Assembly: GCA_051530055.1 (NCBI GenBank)
Contig: CM121341.1
Coordinates: 10,332,784 to 10,396,783, forward strand
DNA from: Neoechinorhynchus agilis
Lineage: Eukaryota > Animalia > Acanthocephala
DNA: 64,000 nt
Reading direction: 5' to 3'
Part shown: one piece after another, positions 1 to 10,843 of the stretch
Layout: every line of letters starts with the position of its first letter
Position numbering within the stretch: the first letter of the stretch is position 1
Notes under the pieces: model-generated
What the model was told of the DNA's origin: nothing
Database searches by the model: none
The model's input: only the letters and a program-made list of their open reading frames with translations
Translations under genes and position numbers: made by a program

Positions 1-1
1 T

Positions 2-65
2 CTTCAGAATCGCTTGTAAGTTTTCTACTATGTAAGCAGTAGAAAACTTACAAACCATTCTGAAG
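2..65. other. Long hairpin (inverted repeat), pre-miRNA-sized
   Basis: 2-10 CTTCAGAAT pairs with 57-65; 14-29 TTGTAAGTTTTCTACT pairs perfectly with 38-53; G12-C55 pairs; 8-nt loop. 26 of 28 stem positions are paired. Confidence 0.85.
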
Positions 66-320
66 TTCAATATTGAGGAAAAAATATTAAAATTAAATTG
101 CTTTATGTTCCGATACAACGACAAACCTTAAAACGAAATATCGGAAATAAATCGTCAATGAATTTAGATCCAGGGCGGAAAAACACCAAAAGTATCTCGA
201 AAGGAGTTTTGAGTGGAGTATGAAGATAAAGATACAAAAATGTCGATATGTGAGGTACCGGGGAATGTGATTGGAATTATTGTTTAGAAGTCTCCACCCG
301 TTAAATGATTATTTATTAAA

Positions 321-350
321 GACGTTTCGATCCTCGTCAGGTTCATCATC
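321..350 (-). ncRNA. Minimal type I hammerhead-like motif of the PLE pLTR
   Basis: Minus strand CTGACGA-GGATC-GAAACGTC-TTTAATA: full core and palindromic ACGT helix III; helix I pairing is poor. Confidence 0.5.
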
Positions 351-679
351 TTAATTATTCCGCACTCAGACGCGCTTATGGCTGATAGCGTTGTTTTATT
401 TTGTTAGCAATGAAGGCACCTCATTGGTACTTCGTCGAAAGTTATTTTATTCACTTGCTAAAACCATTGTTTTGTCGAAATTGACCACTGGCCAGTTTGC
501 ACATCGTGTAGTGCAATATTCGACGCTACCACCTTCTGGGTCTTGGTCCGTTTATATTCTGCCAATCTCGCCTTCAGATTCCGGCCTGTTTGTCCAATGT
601 AATTGCTGGGTTTTTTCAGATATGAAATCATTCACACCACCGCTCTGGATCACTCAGCTGCCGTCCTGGTGTAATGGTC

Positions 680-830
680 GAAAGGACGGATGCAGCGATC
701 CCTCGTTGCAGGGACGGACTTATGCTTTGTAGGAGGAATGCTCTCGATCTCAGATCGCCAGTGATTCGTCTCAACCTCTTAGACAATTGCTTGACCAGGT
801 CCGGCGCCGCGGTACTCTCTTTTCCACCTC
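680..830 (-). mobile_element. CRE-type non-LTR retrotransposon 3' fragment nested in the PLE remnant
   Basis: KRLRRITGDLRSRAFLLQSISPSLQRGIAASVLST matches the C-terminus of the element at 53800-53970 (RQNISLAVQRGNAASVIAT). Confidence 0.65.
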
Positions 831-1064
831 CTGTTATTTCCGGGAAATGAAGTTTCCTATCAGCACAGAAGGTTGAAAATAAAATTGGAATTTTATCGGC
901 AGACCGCTATTCTTAATTATCCTAGAGATTTTGTTGCGCCAGGAGTTGGTTCAATGCGCAGGTACATTCGATTCGGGCCCATGAAGGTTTCTTTTGACTT
1001 ACATTGCTTTATGACTTTTAGCGTCTAAAGACCAAACTTTTTTTTCACAGAATACACATTCGTA

Positions 1065-1360
1065 TTTTTATTTATTTATTATTAAGGCCTCATACACTTG
1101 TCGTTTGTGACATCTTCTTTTGAGAGTTTCGTCTATATTCCTTTGGAGTCTTTTTCGACTGACTTGCACATAACGGAGGCGCTTAGCCGCACTCGAAGGA
1201 ACAGGGCCAACCTTCTTTGGGGCCGATGGGTGATCTCAAACCTGACCCCACCATTTTCAGCAGACTCGCACAACCGTGGAACCCAGCGACCGGTGGTGTT
1301 GAATCAGCGACATATCAAGCGCATTATGAACGCGCGCACCACACGGTCACTGGGCCCCGG
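1065..1360 (-). mobile_element. tRNA-derived SINE, family A, copy 1
   Basis: Head GGGCCCAGTGACCGTGTGGTGCGCGCGTTCATAATGCGCTTGATATGTCGCTGATTCAA aligns with the SINE at 50175; A-rich tail; TSD CATTCGTA at 1057-1064 and 1361-1368. Confidence 0.8.
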
Positions 1361-1479
1361 CATTCGTAGTTTGTGGGACTTTGAACACGATTGTAATGCT
1401 AAATCGAAATTGTTTTAGTTTGTGTGATGGACGTAATTGATTGTGAGCGTCATCACGTGTTACAGTGTGTTTATGGTGA

Positions 1480-4189
1480 TGAGGTCAGTAGCACAAAAAT
1501 GCGCACCAAAGTTTTGGCGGAGGGTGGCAAACGGCCATCCACTTATCTGAGAATTCCTGTACCTCCGGAAGTTCGGAATATTTTCGGAGATATGAAGCGC
1601 GACAAACAGCAATTAGTCACTGATTCAGGATCGAATTTCATTTCTCAGCTCCTGTTGGCGGGGTCTCAAATTCAATAAATCCACCAACAGTCGACATCCT
1701 CAATCATAACTCGGGCTCAACAATGTCCTAATTTGGAAACCGCGAAATGTTGTTACTGTGCCGAGACAGGTCATTCTGCTCAAAATTGCCCAAGCAAGTC
1801 AGTCAAAAGATGTGTCAACTGCAATGGACAAAACTCTGTATTCTACAATGGATGTCTTGAATTCAAGAAGCACTGGGCATGTGCTCAAAAAAGACAGTCC
1901 ATTGTTAGTACAGGCGCTAGCGTTGTGCGGAAACCGGCTGTCTCAGCAAGTCCGTTCGTAGTGCCTCCTCCTCGAGCAGCCTCCTTCTCAAAGGATACAA
2001 CCTTGAAGAGCACGGGCTCTAATGACTCGCATTGCTTGTCCCCATCGCAATTAGTTACCATGGAAATTCTGGAAAAACGTTTAGAGGAGTCCTGCAACAA
2101 ACTTCTAACAGTCATGCAGGCGCGCTTCACTGAGGCCATCGTATTTTTTGAAAAGAAATTGAGCACACTCATTGGGAATTTAGTAAATCTCCCTGACTTA
2201 ATCTCATCGAGTTTGCCTAGACAACGTAGCGCAAAGCTTAAAAGAGCAAATGCGACTGAGACGAACTCTCAAGCGGCCAAGAAATTCAATGTTGGCTCGA
2301 GTGTAATCCACTCCGATAATGAGGATGTCTTCATGGAGGTCGAAGAAACCGACACAGAATATGTTACTAGGATCATTAACACTCACGCTTCGCTTATTAA
2401 CAACGGAACTGCGGCCCTAATATCAGATGATACCGCCAGAAATTTCTGATAATTCGAAGGCACAGGTAATGGTGGGGGATCTTCGAGTGTTACAATGGAA
2501 TTGTGGAGGGGCAACTAATCTTACTAGGCTCGCTCGTTTCATACCAGACGTTTCCATCATCTTTCTGCAGGAAACAAAAAGTATTTATACTCTACACCAA
2601 CTCTATAACTATCTACCTCATCTTAACTGTTCAATGTTCTTGTCTTTTATTACTGCCCCATTTAGTCCTTCCTCACAAGGTCTTATTTCAATTTTTCATT
2701 CCTCTTTAAATCCTAAACTTATATCTTCTTACACTTCACCGGAAATGTCGTACTCCCTTTTTAAAATTCTCCTTAATCGGAATCACCTCTCGATTGTAAA
2801 TTTGTACATTAGACCGGGTTTTAATCATCGACCATACATCAAAAACAAAATCAAATGGCTTCTCAAAGCCAATCTCGACTTTGTTGTGGGGGATTTTAAC
2901 GATCCACCATTAAAATGGTCCAGAGCTATTGTTAACGCCGTCAGCGATAATCTTTCGGAGGGTTTTTGCCGGTTGCATAGATCTGACATTAAAAGACATT
3001 CTCAAAGTATGGTCCGACAATCCGAAATTGGCATCCTCAAACTCCAGCTCAGGCACAAAAATCTTTACTCCCGCGTGACTGCATCGTCATTTTGGCCGAA
3101 TTAATGCTGAGTTTCTCTCCTTATGCCTGGAGAGAGATTAATGTGGCGCGACGTATTTTTCTTATTAAAAATGGGAAAAGTCGGTCTCTCAGCCTAAGGA
3201 TCTCCGCCCGATTTTTCTACAGAACCCCCTTGTAACCATTTACGAACGAGCTTTAGCGCATCGCTTGAGAGCCTTCATAACAGAGCATAGCTGCATATTG
3301 GCCAATTGCCACGGCTTTCAAAAGGGGAAATCTGTACACTCTGCTCTAACCAATATATAAGCTAGTTTTTCTAACTCCAATCTACCTTTGAAAGCCATAT
3401 TGGCTGTTGACCTATCTCAGGCCCCGAATTCACAATATTCTCTTTACGAAGTCTTTCGTTTACGAAGATGACGCATCGAAATCGATTTATTGCCCGCTCA
3501 CGGCTGTCCCACAAGGTTCACCACTTTCCCCGATCCTGTTTCTAATTCGCGCTGCTTCTATCACCTGTTGCGTGGATGACATAACTTTTGTCATCTCTGC
3601 GCACAGAACTGACAAACTCAAATGTCTGATTAAGCAGTGCATCGACTACCTCAATGTAATCTTACCTCGTATGAATTTGTCCCTCAATCTCTCCAAATCG
3701 TTGTGCATCTTTAAGGTTCGTTCATGTAGACTTCGAAATGATCTTAAATCCTTCTTTAACAATCTCATGGACCCCTTGAATTAGATGCAAGCGGATAACG
3801 CCAACACACCACTTAAATTACGCATTCCATGGCACACGCTAACCGTTAATCCATCCCCTAGAACAGATATAAACAAGATGAGAAGGCTGCTAAATGTAGG
3901 CAACAAAATGGCTAATCGAGCGCTGAAACTAGGCATGAACTCGTCGCAAGCGAAAGATATTTGGAAAACCTATGGTTTCCCCGGCCTAGTTTTCTTTTCG
4001 AGAGGTCGCCCCCCGAACATCAGGCTTTCTTTATCGACGCCTTCATCCAACACCTAGATTCATTGCCGTTTTCCTGGGCCGGAGAGTTGAAGAATTTCTG
4101 TGCACCCAGAATTAAGCGATGGACAACGTGACTTGACCTTTTTCTAAGAACTCCCTCCGCCTTACATGATCAATAAATCTTGTTGTTGT
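1480..4189 (+). mobile_element. Degenerate LINE family 2a (gag-like ORF1, APE endonuclease, RT; I/R1/Jockey-like)
   Basis: ORF1 zinc knuckles CCYCAETGHSAQNC and CVNCNG (1733-2449); endonuclease LRVLQWNCGG..IFLQETK..VGDFN (2427-3104); RT VPQGSPLSPILF and CVDD (3407-3784); frameshifts and deletions. Confidence 0.85.
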
Positions 4190-5050
4190 AATCGTGGAAT
4201 TTTTGAGTTAGATTTCGACCCTGCTTATAAGAAGCTTGATATTTTAGGTTATACTTTCACTAATAACCTCTCGCCCGCTTCCGATACACACAAGATGAAA
4301 AAACTTTTAAAGACAGCAAGAGTTAAGGCGAGACGTGCCGCTCGTATTGGGCTTAGCGCCAAGATATGCAAAGTAATATGGTGCTCTTGGGCTATTTCAG
4401 GCCTATTTTTTCATTCCAAAGGAAGGCCTCCGGAACAACGCCTAAAATTCCGCTGTGTATTCTTGAAAATCCTGTCAAGACTACCCTTTGAGTGGATTTC
4501 CTCGGCTGACCGGGCCAACAAATCCATGCAGTTGATCGGAATATGACTTCCAAAAACGGATAGTAACTAGTATAGAATGTTGCTTCAGTTATTCAGCGAC
4601 AGCGTTCGATCCATGGTTTGCCTTTGCCGAATCATTTTTTTAATCGTGGGATTTTTGGGTTAGATTCAACCCTGCTTATACGAAGCTTGATATTTTAGGT
4701 TATACTTTCACTAATAACTTCTCGCCCGTCTCCGATATACACAAGATGAAAAAACTTTTAAAGACAGCAAGAGTTAAGGCGAGACGTGCCGCTCGTATTG
4801 GGCTTAGCGCCAAGATATGCGAAGTAATATGGTGCTCTTGGGCTATTTCAGGCCTATTTTTTCATTCCAAAGGAAGGCCTCCGGAACAACGCCTAAAATT
4901 CCGCTGTGTGTTCTTGAAAATCCTGTCGAGGCTACCATTTGAGTGGATTTCCTCAGCAGACTGGGCCAACAAATCCATGCAGTGGATCGGATTATGAATT
5001 GCGTTCGATCCATGGTTTACCTTTGCCGAATAAATTTTTTCAATCGTGGG
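4190..5050 (+). repeat. Two tandem copies (about 450 bp) of a LINE post-RT segment
   Basis: LDILGYTFTNNLSP..MKKLLKTARVKARRAARIGLS occurs twice; the same pair recurs at about 19805-20670 and 35338-36210. Confidence 0.85.
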
Positions 5051-5252
5051 CGTCACCATCGCAGTTTGAATTTAGATTTTGAGCATTTTAATCAATTTTT
5101 TGATGACGTAAGTATCGCTTAACTCCATATAAATAATTAAATCTCAACGATAAATATAATTTACAAAGAAATAACCGAATATTTGTGACTGCTTGAGATG
5201 CATGAAACTCACGAAATGAAATAATAATTTCTATTATTCTCAAACCGAAAAT

Positions 5253-5672
5253 ATGGCTCAAAACGGACACAGTCAATCTTTTGGTATTGACCGATTCCCG
5301 GATATGGACGAGGCTTATTTAGAAATGACATATCAGGAAAATCCGATGCCGAACGAGGAAAGGATTAATGGAATCGCGCAGTTTCTTGGAAAACATCCCG
5401 GATCGGTTCAAATGTGGTATTATTTGAAAAGGCGTCGAATGGTAAATCCGAGTGCGTCACTTAGACAACTTTTGAATTACGTCATCAGTGTAAGAATTGC
5501 TCTACGATTGGAAGTTCATCGGCAATTCTTGCCTCAATACTTTGTGGATTCGTATTTGCCTCGAAGGCCCTCCGTGAAAGGATTAATAGAGCCCGGTGAG
5601 TTGTTTCGGCAATACGAGAGTACAATACAAATAGAAAGCGATTCCGAGAGCGATAGTTCAGATAATGAGTAG
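5253..5672 (+). CDS. Divergent homeodomain protein, copy 1 (139 aa, intronless)
   Basis: RFPDMDEAYLEMTYQENPMPNEERINGIAQFLGKHPGSVQMWYYLKRRR matches homeodomain F8, L16, E17, P26, I34, A35, L38, V45, W48, R53; acidic Ser-rich tail. Confidence 0.8.
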   Translation: MAQNGHSQSFGIDRFPDMDEAYLEMTYQENPMPNEERINGIAQFLGKHPGSVQMWYYLKRRRMVNPSASLRQLLNYVISVRIALRLEVHRQFLPQYFVDSYLPRRPSVKGLIEPGELFRQYESTIQIESDSESDSSDNE

Positions 5673-6429
5673 AGGATCGATGCTTATGAGATTAAGATTG
5701 CACTTCATTAAAAAATATTTATTCTTTTCTATTTATTGATCACGATCCTTTGCAAATCAATAATAGTATCAAATAAGACGTTGAAAGGTAGAAAATCGGA
5801 TTCTCGGTGGTTCAGTACTTCTTCATTTGCATGTCTTTCTTTTCGTAAAAGAGGTGGATTTATCCCTCAAATGGGAAACAATCGGAGTTATTCCACGCCT
5901 GAGAAACTCAAACGGAAATAATAACATTAGTGGAAATTGTAAGCTCTTAAACGTTGCGAAAAGTTATTAATAATCCAATGGTTGCGAAATGTTTTGAAGT
6001 TAATTTGAATGCATTTTCGTTATAAACCGAAGGCTATTTTTTGCTAATTTATTCACGTTTGCAGAGATGTGTTATTTCAAAAATGCGGAATTCGGGACAT
6101 CTGAGCTAAACCGAATTATATTAAATTGTAATTTGTATACATGTAAAAGTCGTTGAAATACTTCCTAGAAAGACGAGCAATTTCATTATTTATTAATAAA
6201 ATAATTGGAGAAATCATTACGTGTCTTCTATCCACGAGGATTCAAATTAAAACCTTTTCACAATTTTTTATTTATAATTTTAATAGGTGGGATCGTTTCG
6301 TCTAAACATTAAAATTTCAAACGATGCTTTTTTTCGACAAAGCGTTAGTAAAATTAAATTTTTTTTTAATTTTTAATTAATAATGGCTCTTTTAACTAAA
6401 AAAAGTTCACAGAATTTAATTTTTGCTTT

Positions 6430-7090
6430 CTCCACCTGTATTGCAAGCGATATGTTTTGTAGGAGATAGGTTGAGAGCTCTAATGTCCTTGGTTGCTTTT
6501 TATTAACCGCTAAGCGGGATAGGAGTCCGTGAGGTCCCAGGATTCGACGGACGCCTCTTTCACATTGCTGGCTTCCGGGGAATCGACACAGGTTGCGTCC
6601 CATAGCAGATGACATTTTCCCTTGTGCCAGGGAAAAATAGTCAGATTATCCGGTCTACGACCATCATCCAGTCTGCGGCTTGGCTGCAGGGTATTCGGCG
6701 GCGCGTGTGCCGTGTCTTAATGGCGCGGCTAATTCTATTGTTCAGTTCCGTGTGCCTCGCGAATCGACCGCTGGAGCGCTTATATGCCAGCGGTCATGTC
6801 TTCATGTGGCGTCTACACGTCGATGCCGCATCTGCCAGATTGGTAATCCGAGCATCAAGGACACCGCGATTCTCAGGATTTCACTATCTAATTGAGTTCC
6901 GAGTGAAGCGACAGGGAGAGCGTTCAAGCATGTGCCGGGTTCTTTGTAGGATACTGCATTTAATCGTGTTCTATCCACCATGGAGAGCGAATTTTCAAGT
7001 GAGTTGTGGACTCGCTCAGCCAATGGAATATCCCACGAGCGCTGTTTTTCCGGGTGCTCTGGGCGCTGCAAGATTTATTTCGATGTGCCT
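6430..7090 (-). mobile_element. CRE-type element 3' fragment (restriction-like endonuclease region)
   Basis: EPGTCLNALPVASLGTQLDSEILRIAVSLMLG and LQNISLAIQ match the 53300-53950 region. Confidence 0.75.
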
Positions 7091-7269
7091 TAGATGCTTG
7101 ACTTTGAATTACTTTTAAGATTGGGGTCATTCACGGTGGGCCACGGTCGGATATTCAAGTGAATTTTCTTGGGTGAGTAAATTGTTAACCTTTTAATTTT
7201 TATATGTTGGTTGCTCTTACCATAAAACGAATCCAACGATAAAACGTTTTAATAATAGGACCTTAAATT

Positions 7270-9198
7270 TTAGTAGTAATAAATTGCTTTAATTTTCATT
7301 CCATTGACGACTATCTGTCCCAGCGATCTCATCATTGCGAAGCGATCGATATTGAAGTGTTGGACCATATTGTTCGAAACATTCAAGAAAACAAGATTTG
7401 GCATTTTGATATCATAAAGACTTCCCGGTATACTTCTAAGTTTGTTATCAGCCAGGTTAAAAAATATGAGATTTTCCAATCCATCGAACGCATCAACAGG
7501 AAATGTTCTGAGCTTGTTGTGGCTGAGATCGATAGCTTCCAAAAGGCTAGCAGCTTCAAATGCTTTTGAATTTATTTTGCTGATTATGTTTGATTGGAGA
7601 CTCAAATATTTAAGATTGGATAAACGTGAAAAATCTGAAGGTTCAAGCATTGTTATTTGATTATTGCTCAAGTCGAAAGAAGTTAAAGTATTGGTTGGTA
7701 GCAACACACTGATTTCTCCCACCGTTATCAGATTTTGGTGTTTTAGCGAGATAACCTGAGTAGCTTTTGGACCATAAATCTTCAAGGCGGTTAAAATGGA
7801 CTGCGGTACGAATTCCGAGCGAAGACCGAAGTACGCGAGATTCAAGTAAGTGTTTGTCCTATTGAAGGTTACTGTTGATATGTTATTTCCTCGCAAAATG
7901 ACCGATGGAATGGAATACACGGGCGACTTTCGTGCAATCAAATCTCCAATTCGATTTTCAGACGCGTCGATGTATCTAATTTTTTTTGTATTCCGAAAAA
8001 GGTTGTAATGGACATACTTTAGCTGGTTGTAACTAATCGAGAAGATTTCCAGTAGGCGATTATTCCTAAAACTGTCCGAGTTAATCGTTTTCACCAGATT
8101 ATGATCAAGAAATATATCTCTTAAGCTTGTTAACTTCGAAAAAGCGTTTTTGTGGAAACCTATAATTTTATTATCTTGAAGACGTAGTATTGTAAGACTT
8201 GTCCAGTCATTTAAATCATTTTCGTATATGAATTTTATTTGATTATACGCTAATGATAATTCCTTTATGTTTTCCTTTGTTTGTAAGTTTCCAAGTGGAA
8301 TCAAATTCAATTGATTTCTCGTTATCTCAAGATTTTCAAGTCGAGGTGCTGCAGCTAACAAATTAGTGTCAAACACTTTGGCCGGTCCATTAGCGACAAT
8401 AAATTCATATAATCTGGAATATTGCTCTTTACGGCGTAATAAATCGGTTACATTTGCGAGATAGCTAATATGGAGATAACGAAGATTTTTAAACCATTCC
8501 ATTTTGTCTACGGATTTTATTGGATTACCAACTATGTACAATTCCTCAAGATTGCAAAAAGAGCTGCAGTCCTGCGCGGACAAATGTTCAATCAAATTAT
8601 TTCTTAAATCCAATAGTTTCAGATATCTTAGTTGGCTAATAACGTTTATACTTTCACTTGTGAGCATATTGTTCGATAAACGAAGTATATTCAATAACGG
8701 TAATTGCTGTGGGAAATGAACAGGAATTACTGATATGTTGTTGAAACTCAAACTTAGTCGACGAATTCTCATGAATTCCTGAAAAGCATCTTCTTGAATC
8801 TTAACAATTCCAGCTCTCTCAATATCCAACTGTTTTACACCTCTGAATTTATGAAGTAAAGAATTGCTCAGTACTGACGATTTGTATGATTTTTCCGAAT
8901 CATGAGAGACAGTTACTCTAACTGCTTTGGGAAATAATGAAGAAAAATTTTCAGGAATATCTTTGAGATCGACATTATAAAATTGAAAATTTTCATGCTT
9001 CCGTTGAACAGATCCTAATAAATTAGTAATCGATTTCATTCTCCCAAGAGCATCATTTTGGTAACATCGTATTTGAATGCCGAAGATCGTTTGACACTTT
9101 GTTAACTCGCACTTCGGTTCTCTTCCTTGCTTTTCCACTGAAATAAAACTTAGTTGAATTGCTAACAATAGAATATTTAAATGAAACACTGGAAACAT
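7270..9198 (-). CDS. Leucine-rich-repeat protein, copy 1 (642 aa from the first ATG, intronless)
   Basis: Uninterrupted ORF of LxxLxLxxNxL repeats; hydrophobic N-terminus MFPVFHLNILLLAIQLSF; no transmembrane or TIR domain in the ORF. Confidence 0.9.
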   Translation of the reverse strand: MFPVFHLNILLLAIQLSFISVEKQGREPKCELTKCQTIFGIQIRCYQNDALGRMKSITNLLGSVQRKHENFQFYNVDLKDIPENFSSLFPKAVRVTVSHDSEKSYKSSVLSNSLLHKFRGVKQLDIERAGIVKIQEDAFQEFMRIRRLSLSFNNISVIPVHFPQQLPLLNILRLSNNMLTSESINVISQLRYLKLLDLRNNLIEHLSAQDCSSFCNLEELYIVGNPIKSVDKMEWFKNLRYLHISYLANVTDLLRRKEQYSRLYEFIVANGPAKVFDTNLLAAAPRLENLEITRNQLNLIPLGNLQTKENIKELSLAYNQIKFIYENDLNDWTSLTILRLQDNKIIGFHKNAFSKLTSLRDIFLDHNLVKTINSDSFRNNRLLEIFSISYNQLKYVHYNLFRNTKKIRYIDASENRIGDLIARKSPVYSIPSVILRGNNISTVTFNRTNTYLNLAYFGLRSEFVPQSILTALKIYGPKATQVISLKHQNLITVGEISVLLPTNTLTSFDLSNNQITMLEPSDFSRLSNLKYLSLQSNIISKINSKAFEAASLLEAIDLSHNKLRTFPVDAFDGLENLIFFNLADNKLRSIPGSLYDIKMPNLVFLNVSNNMVQHFNIDRFAMMRSLGQIVVNGMKIKAIYYY

Positions 9199-9969
9199 TG
9201 CGGTTACAAACGACAAAAAAATCGAGACAACTCATGTACATAAATACATTTGAAAGAGTAAAATAGGTGTGAGTTACTTGCAGAATGAATGTACCAGCAT
9301 TACATCGCCCTTTTCATCGGTGCGCGGAGAAAACGCCAATTTTTATCTTTAACTCGACTACTTAAGCGACATTTAATAATCCAGAATTAGACTTTTCGGC
9401 TAGGAATAAGATAAAGTGAAACTGTCAATCTAAAGCGTAGATAAATGATAGTTAAAAATGGAATCATTGATTCGGCTCGGAGCTTTGTGAAGAGAGTTCC
9501 GACATTTGAAAGGCTGAAAATGATAAAATTGTTAAAGTTCAAATAATATTTAAATACAAAAAAATTATGATCGGTTACAGTTAAGCTTGTTTATATTTGC
9601 AAAATTAATAAAGGAGCTAAACTTAAAAAATTCACTTATAGCCACGGCTACTACCCTTAAAGTCACTTAATTTTCGTCTATATCGATCAAAAAACTTCCA
9701 GAATGTTCTTAAATAATTGTTTAATCTAATACGTTTTTCTAATTTTCTTTTTATGTTTTTTTATAGCACCCGATCATCATCAGTTTTGTGTTTCATGTCA
9801 CATTTTCGCGATTTTATAAAGAAAACTCTAAATTGCTCGAAACTCGCTTTAATTTCGCCATACAAAGAATCTGCAATTATATTTCGCGCATTAAAAGAAG
9901 ATATATATTTGAGGATTGCATTCGGGTGGTGGGATATGTTATTGTTTAGGTCGCTTGTCGGCACCCGAG

Positions 9970-10720
9970 GGAGATTTTTAAAGATAAATGTATATTTCGA
10001 CGGATTGAATCCGTCATTGCAAATTCAATCTAAAATTACAGAGGGATTCGTCAGAGCACACAAGATTGTTCATTTTGACTAGGGACCCGGGATCGTCAAC
10101 CCCGTAGACGAAGACCAGCCTCCCTGAGTGTGTTTAGGTCAACAATAGGAAGTTGGAGGGAAACTTTTGCTTTGTTCCCTTCCATACTGTTGGCCATCTC
10201 GATATATATCGAATCGTTTATCAGTTTTTGGAATTTTCTCTTTTCCGTGCAGGGGACGTCGGTCTTGTCGAATCCGATTGAGTGTGTATTTAAGTATGCG
10301 TTATTAAAAATGGCAGACGTGGTGTTCCAACATAGTAAGGCGTATTTGTGTTCGCGTAGACGTGAAGTTAAACAACTCATTGTTTCACCTAAGTAGGCCA
10401 CATTTCCAAGTCGTTTCAAGGGATGCTGTAGAATACGTCAGAACTCGTGTTTTGCTAGGCGAACGGGACATTTTGAATTTCCAAGTCTGTCCAGCGTATC
10501 AGATTAGAACACAAATATTAAAGAATTCAGTTCTGATAAATTTCACTGCTCGGTTTTCCATTGGTGGATTGGGTTGTGAATACCTGTCTTTCTTAAGAGC
10601 CTGTCGTTTCACTCAATTCGAGTATTCCCTTGATTTCAACATATTACAGATATTATGGATTATTGTAAAGATGTTCATCAATTACTTTTTTATCAATGGC
10701 GAATTGTAACACACTCGAGC
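9970..10720 (-). mobile_element. Penelope-like element 3' remnant (GIY-YIG)
   Basis: Frameshifted VFYSIP*ND/GNVAYLGETMSCLTSRLREHK..SAI; duplicated at about 25600-26350. Confidence 0.7.
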
Positions 10721-10843
10721 TTTATTGAAGTCAACCTTGCGAATTTTCTAGGCCTCGGTCTCCTTCTCAAGCATTGCTTGTAAGTTGAGCAAAAGGGTGA
10801 TAGAAAGCGGCAGTAATGGGGTTTCCAAATCCTTAGGCGTGAC

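Larger units (their letters stand above)
321..1010 (-). mobile_element. Penelope-like element 3' remnant (GIY-YIG endonuclease plus pLTR)
   Basis: Minus strand near 500-650 reads AVV*MISYLKKPSNYIGQTGRNLKARLAEYK (degenerate GIY..YIG motif). A hammerhead-like motif follows downstream at 321-350. Confidence 0.7.

Noticed and set aside
5253-5672. Positive selection on the homeobox copies
   Set aside because: 9 nonsynonymous to 2 synonymous changes is too few to distinguish from neutral or relaxed evolution.
6609-7118. 169-aa plus-strand ORF and similar short ORF-track entries
   Set aside because: Antisense or off-frame shadows of retroelements or real genes, with no recognisable motifs.
9985-10055. 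Hammerhead downstream of the PLE remnant (minus strand)
   Set aside because: The GACGGA/TCCGTC stem and GAAATATAC are present, but the adjacent CUGANGA is missing; relic at best.
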